IMG/VR virus record: IMGVR_UViG_3300029305_003442
Strand: one strand, 5' to 3'
From: a virus
DNA length: 64,000 bases
The notes under the pieces were generated by a model, which was given only the letters and a program-made list of their open reading frames with translations, did not search any database and was not told where the DNA came from. The translations under genes and the position numbers were made by a program. Positions 1-14,217 of this stretch are shown in pieces; position 1 is the stretch's first letter, and the number at the start of each line of letters is the position of its first letter.

Positions 1-3000
1 ACTTTAGATACTTTAACATATTCAAGAAAAACAGAGCCCTTTATGGATAATGCTAAACGAATTGATTTGCGTTGGATACATAAAATGCCAGATGGTTCAT
101 TTAAATCAATTACTAAAGCAGATGCCGCAAATTATAATTTTAAAATTTAGTGGTATAGATATCAATTAGGTTCTCCATCATCTGACCAATATTCAGATAA
201 AGAGTGGATTTGGTTATCTGACCAAGAAACAGAAAATGGAAAAAATTATTATACAATTTAGGATGAAGATTGGTTAAATAATAATTAGCAATATAAAGGT
301 AGTGAAAAATATCCCGGTTTCTTTAACACTTGGTTAATTCCAGATGTAGCTTTAAGTACGGAAATGGTTAAAGCAATTATATTTTTTAATGGAAAACCAA
401 TTAGAAGTAATATTGTTATTTTAACAAATGAAAATGAAGTTGTAAGTCGTCCAACAGTAGATGCTTTAGAAGCACTTACAATTCATTGTAATAATGGATT
501 AGATGAAGCTGGGAATCCAATTTATTCTGAAAATTATTTAATTTATAATGAAGGTAATGAATTAATTGATGAATCTTAGGCAAAACAACCACGGCAATTT
601 GAATTAAAATTTGACCCAGAAGTTCCAACAGAAGATGATGAAACTGAAGGTTTAAAATATGCTAGATATGTGGAATGGCGCATTCCAAAAAAGAATACGA
701 TGATTGTAATGCCGCCAGATTATAAAGATAATAATGCTTTAGAAGATATTACAGACCCAAATTATTATATTATTAGACGTAATGGTGTTTTAAACGCAGA
801 TAATAAATATGTTGTTTATAACAAACAATCTTTTAGAATAGATAATTATTATTCTGCTGAAAAATCAAATAATACTGTTTAGTGTACTATTGAAAAAGAA
901 CCAAATACTTTTTATATAGCAACTGTTGATTTATTGTTTGGAGTTGCTGGTACTACTGGAACAGATACAACTTTAGTAATTAATTTTGATGATAGTAGTC
1001 TTGGAGCAATTGATTCTGCTATATCTGGTAATACAATTATTACTGCTAAATTATATGATAGTGAAAATAAAGATATTACACAAACAGTTATTAATCAAGA
1101 TTGTGTTTTTGAATGGAAATGGAAAGGTAAAGAAGAATATCCTCATGAAAAAATACAAATACTTTCTCCGGAAGATTATTCAAATGAATTAAAAGAACAA
1201 GTACAAAAAAATCAATGCGTTATTAGTAATACAAATAATCTACCTTTAGAACTTAATGAATGGAATATTCTTTAGTGTACTGTTACAGGATGGCAAGATT
1301 ATCCTTTAGTAGCTTATTTTGCTATTCCATTAAAAAGAGACCCTGATAATGCAGAAAAGCGCACTTTATTTATGGAGGGCGCCACAAGAATTATCTATGA
1401 TTCTGCTGGTACGCCTTCTTATTATAAAAATCCATATAAATTATTTTATTCTGAAGATATGACAGGAGAAAATCAAGAAGGTGAAATAGAAACTATTAAT
1501 CAAATTAATCAATATTTAGAAGATTAGGATATGATTAAAGATGATTATAGTATACGTTGGTAGCTTTCTTATCATCCAGATTTTTAGACTCTAAATTACT
1601 TACCTTCTATTGGAATTTCTAAAAATTATAATGATGGTTTTAATTATAATATTGGATTAAAAGCTATTAATGTATATGTTAAAGGTTGCGAAGATTATAT
1701 TACAATTAATTGTATAGATAAAAATGGAACTATATTATGGTCTTAGCCTTTATTAATTTTACAAAATAAATATCCATCATCTATGCTAAATAAATGGGAT
1801 GGTTCATTATCTATTGATGAAACGGAAAATGCTATTTTAGCAGCTAAAATTGCCGCAGGTAGTAAAGATTCTGAAAATAGATTTAGTGGTGTTATTATTG
1901 GTGATTGGGGCAATAAAAAAGAATATAAAGAAACTACTAATGCTTCTGTAGCGGAAATTGGAGTTTATGGTTTTCATGAAGGAGCTATGAGTTTTGGTTT
2001 CAAAGAAAGTGGAAAAGCTTTTATAGGTAAAGATACTCGCGGACGTATTCATTTTGATGGAAATGATGGTTCAATTTATTCTTCTGCTTGGATTGCTAAT
2101 TCAGAAGATAATCATAGAGGATTGTATTTGGATATTGATGATGGTAATATTCAAATGCGATAGGAGTATGGTTCTGCAAATATAACCACCTTTATACAAG
2201 TACCTGTAAATACTATTAATTTTAAATCTAATATATATTATGCTTTTCAAGAATATATATTAAGTAAAGAAGGATATAGTGCCAGTAAAACTTATTATGA
2301 ACCATATGGATATAAATTAGTTGATATTGAAGCCGGTGGATATGAACCTGGTATATATTATAAAAGAATAGAATCTTCATCTACTACTGGTTCTGGTGAT
2401 AATGCTGAAAATATTAAAATAACAGAATATGTTTTAGATAATGAATCTTTTAATCCAACTAAAAATTATTATTATGTATCTGCTTTTAAAGAAAGTTCAG
2501 TGAGTGCTTCTTCTTATTAGATTAATAAATATTATATTAAACAAGAGCCAAATAAAGATGAAGCAACAGGTCAAATTTTAATAAATTCATTGATTCCAAA
2601 AGAACAGACAACTTATTATAAACCTTTTTTAACTTATTATGAATAGACAGAAATTTCTCCTAATAAATATATTGATTTAGCAACTAGTTCTAATGAAACT
2701 GATTATAGAAACGTTTATCCTCTATCTATTGGATATGAAAAAAATGTTTATGAGCGTGCATTTAGAGTAAGTTGGGATGGAACTATTTATGTAGAAAATG
2801 GTGAATTTAATGGTGAAATTCATGCTACTTCTGGAACTTTAGGAGATTTGGAAGTAACAGGAACGCTTATAGGTGGAACAATTGTTGGTGGTGATATTTC
2901 TGGTGCTTGGATTAGTGGTAGTACTATTGAAGGTAGTAGAGTATACGCTGATGATTTAATCTGTTATAATGGTAATATTGCTGGTTGGCGCATTACTGAA

Positions 3001-4362
3001 AATTATTTAAGAAATAGTAATGGAACAATTGTTTTATATTCAGATGGTGAGCGTGGAGAATTGGCAAAATTTGGTGGATGGAAAGTTACTAAGCTTGGTT
3101 TTGAAAATCGTCTTGGAACTTATAAAGATGCGAATAATATTCGCACCACAAATAATTTTAGTTATTTAAAAGGCGGATTGATTAGTGGTAGTATTTTAGA
3201 TACGCCATCTGGAGGTATGCTTTTAGCTGGTAAATTTAAATTAGCTTAGAGTTTAAGCCCTGGTTTTGATACTAATACTGGTATTGGAAATTATTTGCTT
3301 ATTCCTGGCACTATTGGTGTTGTAATGTCTGATATTGAAACTAGTCCAGATGCACCAGAATATTATGGTATAGGATTAGAATATGGTGAACCTGTTAAAT
3401 CTTAGATAAAAGCTACAGCTGTTAATGTTGGTATGCGTTATGGAGTTAATCAATCTATATGGATTACTGATAAAACAATCGGTTTAGCATCTAATGATGG
3501 TGATTTGTCATTACATTCAAAAGATACTATTCATGAATATTCAGCTACAAATGTTAATATTGGTGTAAAAACTGGTTCAGGTAATAATGTTGAGTTATAT
3601 CCTTAGTTTGAATCTTATTATAATGGTGGATAGCAAACAGTAACATTAGGAATTTATGCCAATGATGCTATTACTATTGGTCCAGTAGAAAATGTAGGGG
3701 CTTCTTCTTGTAATTTAATTAGAATAGGAGAACAGTCTTTAACTATGGATATTGGAGCATGGACTACTAATTTAAATATTGGATAGAATGCATAGAATAT
3801 TAAAATAGGAGAATTTGCTAAAACTATCATAGAAATTGGTAGTTCGGTTCCAGAGATAAAACTTGGAAGTACTTCCACACCAAAAATAACTATTGGTAAT
3901 ACGGGAGCCGCTGTTACAATATAGAATAATTTGTTGACACCAAATTTATATATTACAAATGGTTTTGAAGCTATTGATGGTAATTATGCTGGAACTATAG
4001 TTATGAATCCTTCAGGTTTTTAGTTATAGGGCGGTTCCTTTACTTTAGGAAAAGATGGAGCTTCTGTTAGTGGAAATATTTATTATAATGGTTCTATTAA
4101 TCTTGAAAATGGATTTAATGTTACTAGTGGTTCAATAAATATTGGCGGCGGAGAAAATGAAGCAATATTTGGTTCTATATATTATTCTGGTAGTGTTAAT
4201 TTAGGTAATGGTTTATAGATAACTACTGGTGATTTAAATATTAAAGGTGGTAGTGCTACTTTTGATAATAATTTAGAAGTAAAAGGAACTGTAACTATTG
4301 GAAGCGGATTGACGGTTGCGGAAGGAGCTACTGTTACTGGAGTTTATGCTACTTTATTATGA
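1..4362 (+). CDS. Large tail-fibre-like virion protein, 5'-partial (starts upstream of window); TAG read as sense codon
   Basis: Frame 1 is open from nt 1 to TGA at 4360-4362; track ORFs 364-579, 670-882, 934-1275, 1783-2163, 2848-3249 are all in frame 1 separated only by TAG. C-terminal Gly-rich beta-repeat motifs (TGTLIGGTIVGGDISGAW; NIGGGENEAIFGSIYYSGSVNLGNG) typical of phage fibres. Confidence 0.6.
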
Positions 4363-4372
4363 GGTATAATAT

Positions 4373-5284
4373 ATGGCAACAATGAGTAAAATGACTTTAA
4401 TTAAACCTGTTGGTGATACAACAGTATCTTATGAAGGAGAATATATTAAAGATGAATATGGAACAGAATCTAAATCATCAGCCTCTAGCGGAGATAGAGT
4501 AAGACGAGAAAGAAATTTTGTAGCACAACGAAAAGGACCTATAGATGAATGGGATGATGGAACTACTGGAAATTATGCGCGAATTGAAGGTGGTAATGGC
4601 TCAGAAACCCAAACTTTATATGGAAGATATAGATATTAGTATAGAATTGGAAAATGGTATTGGAAAATTACACAATCATCTGAATTTAACGATCGTACTG
4701 GTACAGTAAGTTCTTTAAATGAAATTCCAGATGATTATACAACAACTTCTAATGGTAATAGATATACTTATACTTATACATGGGATTCTCGTACAATAAA
4801 AGATGGATATTGGAAAGATGATATAGATGAACCTTATGAAGATGAAAATGGAAATATTGTATAGCCAGAATGGATTGATACCAGCTATAAGGTTTATGAT
4901 TGGGAGGAATATTTACAAATAGAAACATTAACTATTGATTGGGATTCTTGGACTCCAGAATATACAAAAGAAGATATGAGTGTAGATTTTTATCCGCGTC
5001 CTAAAGAATTTTATTTTATTAATTGTGAACCAGGAAAGCAATGGAGAGTTGATTTAGGTCTTTAGACTTTAATTACTAATATTTATGAATTTCAAGAATA
5101 TGCTAATTAGTGGTAGGCTTGGAAAAAATAGGAGGAATATAGCAATACTCCATCATTTGATTCTCCACTTTCAGCTGCTAATATTAATTCAATTTATTCT
5201 TCTCTTGGTCATTCAGGAGGATATTCTTCAGGAAATGAAGTTAGAGCTAGTATATTTAAAGGATTGGAATCTATCATTAATTAA
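4373..5284 (+). CDS. Hypothetical virion-module protein (303 aa, about 6 in-frame TAG)
   Basis: ATG 4373 10 nt after upstream TGA; frame 2 open through TAGs to TAA 5282-5284. Confidence 0.5.
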
Positions 5285-5318
5285 TAAAAAAATAATTGAG
5301 ATAAAGGAGATATATATT

Positions 5319-5492
5319 ATGACTTATGAAGATATTCAAATATTAGTAAATATTTATAATACATTTTTAAGCGTTCATACATGTGGTGAAGATAGTTTTG
5401 CTATGACAGATTGTATGCGTGCTTTATATAAATTTATTGAAACTAAACAAAAGGAATATATAGAAAAGCAAAAAGAGAATAAGGAGGCTTAA
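5319..5492 (+). CDS. Small hypothetical protein (57 aa)
   Basis: AAGGAG 9 nt upstream of ATG 5319; ends TAA 5490-5492; stop overlaps next gene's SD. Confidence 0.45.
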   Translation: MTYEDIQILVNIYNTFLSVHTCGEDSFAMTDCMRALYKFIETKQKEYIEKQKENKEA

Positions 5493-5493
5493 T

Positions 5494-7740
5494 ATGAGCA
5501 AATTATATCCTCCAGTTATAGAGGGAATTATTCCAGCTTTTTATGCTAATGATGATGGGACAGCTAATTTAGTTGTCCCATTTTCTATGAATCCAACGGT
5601 TTCTTGGAATGAAGTTGGAAATATTAGATTACAATTAAAAACAGTTCAAAATTTAAATACTAGATTAGTTGATACTGGATATTATACAGATTATTCTCAA
5701 AAAGATAAAGTAATATTTTCTTTTACAGAGCAAGCAGTAAAAGAAAATTTAAATATTGGTTAGCATTATAAAGTATAGATAGCTTATCAAGATATTGATG
5801 GTGATGTCGGTTATTATTCTACTGTTGGTGTAACTAAATTTACAACAAAACCTACAATATATATTGAAAAATTAAATGAAGGAATAAAAAATTATCATCA
5901 GTATACTTATATTGGAGTATATTAGAATATTGATGATAAAACTGAAAAAGTTTATTCTTATGAATTTAATTTATATGATGAAAATGATAATTTAATTAAA
6001 GCATCTGGTGAATTAATTCATGACAATACTTAGAACACTTAGTTGGGTTCTTCTGAAGATAAATTTGATATTATGAATGATTTAGAAGAAGATAAAATTT
6101 ATTATTTGTAGTATAAAGTAACTACAATTAATGGATTAATTGAATATTCTCCTAAATATAAAATTGTCCAAAAGTAGAGTATTAATGTAGATATTGAAGG
6201 TAAATTGACTGCGGAAATAGATAATGAAAACGGGTGTGTGCGATTATTTATTAATACTGATAATTCAGTAATTGGTGATTTTAGTATTTTACGCTCTAGT
6301 ATTAAAGATAATTTTACTGAATGGCATGAACTATATAAATTTAGATTGTAGAGTCAATTAACACATAGTTTAGAATGGATTGATTTTAATGTAGAACATG
6401 GTGTAGAATATAAATATGCTTTATAGCAATTTAATTTGCATGGAATAAAATCAAATAAACAATTTTCTGTTAATATTATTCCATATTTAGAACATTCTTA
6501 TTTATATGATGGTGAGCGTTAGTTAAAAATTAAATTTAATCCTAAAGTTTCTTCTTTTAAAGATATTTTATTGGAACAAAAAACAAATACTATTGGTGGT
6601 AAATATCCTTTTATTTTTAGAAATGGAAATGTTTATTATAAAGAATTTCCAATATCAGGATTAATTTCATATCAAACAGATGAAGATTTTTTCTTTATTA
6701 AGCAATAGGAAGAATATAACCCAGTAACTGATTTAACTTATGAAAATATTAATAATGAAAAAGATTTTAAACTTGAAGTATTAAAATGGTTAAATAATGG
6801 AAAACCTAAACTATTTAAGTCGGCAACAGAAGGTAATTATATCGTAAGATTAATGAATGCGTCTTTGTCACCGACCGATTAGCTTGGCCGCATGCTCCAT
6901 ACTTTTAGTACAACTGCTTCTGAAATCGCAGATTATACATATAATAATTTATTAAAGTATAATATTGCGAGAATAAAAAATCCTATTTATTAGAATCTTA
7001 ATTGGAAAACTATTGATATTGCTACTGGATTAAGAGAAGATTATACTGTTAATTTTAATGAAAAAGAAATGTTATCTTTATTAATTGAGGATGGAACCCC
7101 AGAAGATTTAATTTTAATTATAAATGGTTAGAATTATGGTGATGCTAATCCAAATAATAATACATATATTGATAGTGACAGTAATGAAGTAGAAGAAGAA
7201 ACTGATGATGGATTAGATGATTCACATGAAAATACTTGGGTTGAAGGTGTCGGCACTAATAATTATGGTTTTATTGCTTAGTTAGATAAAAATGGTAAAT
7301 ATTATATAGATTTAAAAAACAATAATAAAATTACAGCAGTGCGTTTTATAGATAAATCAATTTAGCATAAAGGTTTATTAACATATGCTTATAATAATAT
7401 TGAAAAAAGTAATTTTGATTCAATTATTGATTATAGTTTAGAAAGTTTTTCAAATTCTTATGAAAATTAGATTTATGATATAATATCTGAAATTGAAGAT
7501 GAAAATACTACAATACAAAAAATTAATTATATTTATGCTACTGTAACTAGTTCCAATAGAGACACAACATTAAATTTTGATGGAAGAATAATTGATGTTA
7601 AAGATATTGGAGAATATAAGATGTATGATTTTGATAGAGTCAATTCTTTAATTTGCGGTGACGGACTTAGAGTTGATATTATGTGCGATATTCAAAAAGT
7701 TATTTATGAAGGAGGAGAAAATAATGAATCCTCTACTTGA
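5494..7740 (+). CDS. Virion structural protein (748 aa), tail/baseplate module, TAG-recoded
   Basis: AAGGAGG SD, ATG 5494; frame 1 open through about 20 TAG to TGA 7738-7740; 17-nt overlap with next gene. Confidence 0.6.
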
Positions 7741-10534
7741 TAAAGATTTTTTAATTAAATTAGATGAATAGATTAATAAAGAGGTTTATGTCAGATTAAT
7801 TACAATGACATATGATGAAGAACCTCTTGAATAGATTGAAGGTGTAGCGACCGGAGGTTCTATTAATATTGATGGAACCTCTGCGGTCCGCCGCACTTGC
7901 TCTATTAGTTTAGTTACTAAAGAATTAAATATTAATTAGTTTTATTGGGGCTTGAATAATAAGTTTAAAGTTGAAGTAGGATTATTAAATTTAATTGATA
8001 CCAGATATCCTGATATTATTTGGTTCCCGCAAGGAACATATATAATTACTAATTTTAATATTAATTATACTACTAATAATTTTACTATTAGTATTAGTGG
8101 CAAAGATAAAATGTGCTTATTAAATGGTGATATTGGTGGTAATTTAACAGCATCAATTGATTTTGGAGTTGAAGAATATGTAGATTTAAAAAATAATATT
8201 ACATATTATAATCATATTCCAATTAAAGATATTGTGCGTGAAGCAGTCCATACATATGCTAGAGAGCCTTACCATAATATTATTATTAATGATTTAGATG
8301 AAACAGCTGTTGAACTCTTGGAATATCGTGGTGATACTCCTTTATATTTATTATATAATGAAATAGCTGGTGTATATGAAAATTATATTTTAAATGGAGA
8401 TACGCCTTGCTGGATATTATATGAAGATAATAGTGTTAGTGAAGAGATTACTTTAGCCACAATTGAAAGTATTGGTGGTTCTTATGATTCTAGAGTAGAA
8501 CTTGCCCCGGATGAAAGCCGAGGAAGTAGTATAATTTTTGATAGTAATAAATTTCCAATATATAGAATTGCTAAAATAACATATGGTTAGACTGTTGGAT
8601 ATAGAGCAACTGATTTAACTTATGCTGGTGAATTAATTAGTAATACTGGAGATAGTTTGACTTCTATTTTAGATAAAATTATTCAAATGCTTGGTAATTA
8701 TGAATATTTTTATGATTTGGAAGGTAGATTTACGTTTTAGAGAAAAAAGACTTATTTACAAACTTCTTGGAATAATATAAAAAAAGTTGGTGATGAAGAA
8801 TATGCGGATAGCGCAGCATATACTTCATCTACTATCTATAATTTTACCGATAACAAATTAATCACATCTTTTTCTAATCAGCCAAATTTAACTAATTTAA
8901 AAAATGATTATTCTATTTGGGGAATGCGAAAAAGTATATCTGGTATTGATATTCCTATTCATTATAGATATGCGATTGATAAAAAACCAAAAGCATATAG
9001 AAAAATTACAGTTACTGAAGAAGATATTAGTGGTTATAATGCTGATAACCCTGAAACGCCAATGAAACCTACAGAATGGGAAACAATAGAAAATGCGCAA
9101 GTTTATCTATCTAAAGATTATGATTGGCGTGAATTAATTTATCAAATGGCTTTAGATTATTATGCTTATAATCAATTAGAGAATTTTACTGCTAAAATAA
9201 TTGAAGCAAATAAAGATTATGCTAATGAAACTGGAAGCTATTTAGATGGTACTACTGGATATGAATAGTATTATATTGATATATAGGGATTCTGGCGGCA
9301 ATTATATGACCCACAGTATAATGACCATCCAGAATATATATTACATAAAGATGAAATAAATAATGAATTTAGTTTAGACGAAGAAAAACCTCTTTATACT
9401 GTTGGTCATTATGTTAGAGTTAATGAAGAAGATGTTATAGATAGAAATTAGGTATTTACTTTATGGAAAAATTCAGAAACAAATAAATATGAATTACAAC
9501 CATTATTAAATGTATATCCTATAGATTTTGAAGGTTCATTTAAAACAGATGAAGATGGTAATTATTTACCTTCTGATACTTTCTATATTGCGAATATAAA
9601 TGGCACATTTTCACCTATTGCTTACGAAAAAAAACAATGGGTAGAGAAAGGCGAATTATATATAAAAAATCCTAATCAAAATGAAACTGATACACGAGAA
9701 TATATTTTATTAATTGATTCAATCTCTTCTATAGATTATCCTTTCTATGTATATAAAGATAAAGAAGAGAAAGATGGTATATAGGTTGATTTAATGATAG
9801 ATATTACCACAGAGGCAGATATTGAATTATAGTCACTTTATTATGATAGAGAGAGTAAAAAATATCAAAAATATTTAGTAAGAAATTATTTAGATATTAG
9901 TGGAACAAAAATTGTAGAAGGTTCTGTTCCTGATTATATTAAAATTAATTATTATGAAAAAGATGATAAATTTATTTCTAATGTAGATAATTCTGAAAAA
10001 TATGGAGAATATAAAAATTGGAATAAAATGATAATTGATGAACCTTCATCTTTAAATTTTTGGTTTGATTTTTTAGATGCTGAAAGTGAATTAGGGAAAT
10101 ATTCAGTTTCAATGATTGGAGATAGGACAAAAGTTATAAATGATAATACAATAACTGCGATATATTTTAGAGAGGTTCCTAATTTAATATTTACTACTTA
10201 TGAAGATTATAAGAAAAATAATTTAAAATTTATGTCTAGTTATTTACCAGTATTTGTTTAGAGTAATCTTGAAAGTTTGTTTAATATAAGCTCACAAGGT
10301 AAATCTGCAAAAGATGAATTAGATTAGTTACTTTATAATTATTCATATTGTATTGAAAATATAACAATTCAGGCTTTACCAATTTATTATTTGACTCCGA
10401 ATACAAGAATTTTTATTTCAGATAATGAAAGTCAGATTAATGGAGACTATATAGTTAGTAAAATTTCTCTTCCATTAACTTATAATGGAACGATGTCTAT
10501 TACTGCGACTAAAGCTCCAAAACGATTGCTTTAA
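7724..10534 (+). CDS. Large tail-associated structural protein (936 aa); N-terminal region reminiscent of Firmicute prophage tail hub/Tal proteins (low confidence)
   Basis: GGAGGAG SD, ATG 7724; track ORFs 7952-8590, 8924-9268, 10028-10261 all frame 2 joined by TAG; TAA 10532-10534. Motif GGSINIDGTSAVRRTCSISL near N-terminus. Confidence 0.55.
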
Positions 10535-10551
10535 TAGAAGGAGGAATTAAA

Positions 10552-10887
10552 ATGGCAAAAACTATTATGTAGTTTAGATATTATAATGAAACTGATAAAA
10601 CAAAAAATTATCCAAAAAATTTAGCAAAATCGCAATTAACATAGGGAAGTGTTTTTAAAGATTATTTACCTTTTACATATATGAAAATTTATGCTCCTAC
10701 TGGAACAAAATTTTTTTTAAATGGAAATAATAATTCTCCTATTTTGATTGGCACATCTGGAATATATGAATTAGACTTAGAAGGTATTGCTGAAATTACG
10801 AGTTTAAAATTTGATAATACTTCTATTGAGAATATTAACAATAATGAAAATAGTTATTTAACTATTGATGTTATTTGTAATAAATAA
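10552..10887 (+). CDS. Hypothetical protein (111 aa, 2 TAG)
   Basis: AGGAGG SD; ATG 10552; frame 1 to TAA 10885-10887. Confidence 0.5.
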
Positions 10888-10912
10888 AAATTATAAGAAA
10901 GGAAAATATTAA

Positions 10913-11941
10913 ATGGCAGATATTGTTTATAATTATGTAAAATTTATGCGCGGTACACCTACTGCGTTTAAAAATCTTGCCTCTAAGAATAAAGATACTT
11001 TATACTTTATTCATGAAGAAGATGCTATTACTGGTTAGCTTTATATTGGTGATATTTTAATTTCTGATAATTTAGAAAATGATAGTAGTGCTATAGTTGC
11101 TAAATTATCTGATTTAGAAGATGTAAATATTACTGGTGTTATTGATAAACAAGTTTTAGGTTATGATGCTAATACTGGTAAATGGATTCCTGTAACTTTA
11201 GAACAAGCTATTGATGTTGCTCCAATGATTGGTGCGACTGCTGATACTGATGGTATTGAAGGTCTTGTTCCTGCTCCAAAAGCTGGAGATGAAGGAAAAT
11301 TCTTGCGTGGTGATGGTACTTGGGCAGAAGCTTTAACAGAATCTGGTGAAACTATTACTATCATTCAAGAAGATGTTTCTAATTTAAAAGAGCTTTTAGG
11401 AGCTCCTGCTTCTGAATCAGAAACAGCAACGGGTATTTATTAGATTTTAGATACAAAAGCTAATACTTCAGATGTTGCTAATTTAATTGCTGCTGAAGTA
11501 GCAAAGTTAGACCATTTAAAAAGAATAACTGTTAATTCTATTGACGATATAGATATTTCAGCTGAAAATGCTGAAGAATATATCTATATGGTTCCATCTA
11601 ATGATTCAGAAGATAAAAATGCTTTTGAAGAATATATGGTAATTAATGGAAAACTTGAAAGATTAGGAACTTATTCTATTGGTTCAGTTGGTGAAGAAAA
11701 TTTAATTAATGCTATTAACACTAACGAATTTGTTATTTCAACTGATGGAACAAAAACTTTAAATTTATTAGAAGTTCCAGCTACAAAAATCGTTGATTTA
11801 GAAAATAATTCTACTTTCACTGTTTTATAGACAGAAGTTGGTACATTAACCACTGAATTAACATAGGTGAATACACGCGTAGCTAGTATTGAAGAAGCAA
11901 TTGCTGAATTACAAGAAAATTCTTCTTGGGGTTCTATTTAA
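10913..11941 (+). CDS. Tail fibre protein (342 aa)
   Basis: ATG 10913; frame 2 through TAGs to TAA 11939-11941; contains the widespread phage-fibre motif GLVPAPKAGDEGKFLRGDGTWAE. Confidence 0.6.
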
Positions 11942-11966
11942 TTTAATATAAAGGAGATAAAAAATT

Positions 11967-14096
11967 ATGGCTAACGTAATGTTTAAAAGAGGCCTATCTA
12001 CTGTCCTTCCTTGGAATAATGCGCAAGATGGTACTTTTTATTTAACTAGTGATACTAATAGATTATATGTTGGTAATGGTACAACTCTTGCTGAACTTAA
12101 TCGTTATGTAAAAACCGTTCAAACAATTAATGATTTAAGTAATTTAAATGCTCATGAAAATGATTTTGCTTATATTCTTGATAAGAATATTTTAGCAGTA
12201 TACGCACCAAATAAAGATAATTCTAATGTATTAGAATGGCATCAAGTAAATGTAAATACTAATACTGATACTTCTGTTACTGAAGTTTCTTTTAGTGATG
12301 GTACTGTTGTTGATGCTACTGATGATAGAGAAAAATCTATTAAAATTGATATGACTTTAATCCAAAAGAATAAAGATGTTCTTACTGGGGTTACAAGTGA
12401 TGCTGGTTCAATTACTCAATCTTTCTATATTCCAGCTTCTGCTTTCTCTACAATGGAAACTAATGCTGCTGTTACTGCCACTGTAAATGTAAGTGATGGT
12501 GTAGCTACCATTAAAAATACTGGCACTGGAGCCGCAGGTGAAGGCTTTACTGTTAGTGGTGGTACTAATATTACTATTAGTGGAGATAGCGCTGGTATTA
12601 CAATTACAAGTAGTGATACTACATATGATGTAAAAGTTGAAGGCACTGAAATTAGTTTAATTGATTCTAATGATAGTCAATCTATTACTAAAGTAAGTAT
12701 TGTAGGCGATAATGATTGGATTGAGACTTCTAATGAAAATGGTAATATTAAAATTACTCATGCTTCTAAAGAAGTTTCTAAACCAACAGCAGTTAACGGA
12801 GGAGAGCTTACAGAAGATAAAAAGTTCACTGTAATTACTGGTTTAACTGTTGATGATAATAATCATGTTACTGGTATTGCTACTACAGAATATGAAGCGA
12901 AAGATACAACCTATGCTCCTGAAATTGGTTTAAATAGTGATAAAGAATTATATGTGTCATTAGTAAATCAAGATGATTTGATTTGGGATTCAGAATCACT
13001 TGATATTTCTCATAAAATTACTATTGATGGCCAAGAATATAACGTAAAACCTGGAGATAATCTTGGTGAAATTTATTCTAAAGGTGAAATTGATAGACAA
13101 TTAAAAGCACTTAATGGTATGACTTATAAAGGTGTGGTCAATAGTGAATCTGAACTTCCAGATGTTGCGCATATTGGTGATACTTATAAAGTTGGCACAG
13201 CTTTTGATATGTCAATTAATGGCATTACCATCAATCTTAAAGTCGGAGATTTATTAATTGTTAATAATTCTGATGAAAATGATGATGGCCAAATAACTGC
13301 TGATATTGCATGGGATAGAATTGAATCTGGTGAAGCTGCTGATACTACTTATGATTTAACTGCTACTAATAATACCATTACTTTAACTGATAGTCATGGT
13401 GCAGCAGATATTATTCCAGTTTCTGGCGATGAAATTATTACTTTAACTGCATCTGATAATGAACTTATAGCAACTCATAAAGAATATGATGAAGCTACTG
13501 CCACTGATGGTGGTGACGAAACTATTAGTGCTGGTGGAACATTTACTGCTGTTACTGGTATTGCTACTGATGGTTTTGGTCATACTACTGGTTTTACTAC
13601 TAAAGATTTTACTATTCCAGGAGCCGATAAAGTTACTGCTGATGCTTCTCTTGTAAAACTTACTTTAAAAGATGCTAATGATGTTGAATAGGGTAGTATT
13701 GATTTAGATGCTGGTGCAGAATTAACTATTACTGGTACTTCTACTGATAGTAAAAATTTAGTAGCTACAATTGCTCATAATAAAGTAACTAAAAATAATA
13801 CAACTGGAACTGTTGCTCCTGTTCATGGTACTGGAACATTTGATGTTGTTGAAAGTGTTACCTATAATGATTATGGTCATGTAACTGGTGTAAAGACTAC
13901 AACAGTGACTCTTCCTGCTGAAACTACTTATTCAATTCATGGTGTGACTGCCGCAGATAATGTTGCTACTTGGGAATTAAAGAATAATTCTGATGAAGTA
14001 ATGGGTAATCCTATTGCAATTACTTCTAGTAGTTTAAAGGTTGCTACTAATGCTAGTTCCTAGGCTACTATTGAACTTGAATGGGGTTCATTTTAA
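11967..14096 (+). CDS. Tail fibre / receptor-binding-like protein (709 aa)
   Basis: AAGGAG SD; ATG 11967; N-terminus MFKRGLSTVLPW...GTFYLTSDTNRLYVGNG resembles the conserved prophage tail-fibre N-terminal domain; frame 3 through TAG 13689-13691 to TAA 14094-14096; followed by strong terminator. Confidence 0.6.
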
Positions 14097-14156
14097 TAAA
14101 TAAATTGGACAAATGATATTAGTTTCTTTGAAAGAAAATTGAAATTTAAAGAAGAA

Positions 14157-14195
14157 AAGGGATGAAGAATTAATTTCTTCATCCCTTATTTTAAT
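14157..14195 (+). terminator. Rho-independent terminator
   Basis: AAGGGATGAAGAA-ttaat-TTCTTCATCCCTT followed by ATTTTAATTT. Confidence 0.6.
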
Positions 14196-14217
14196 TTGTG
14201 CGAAAGGAGAAATTAAT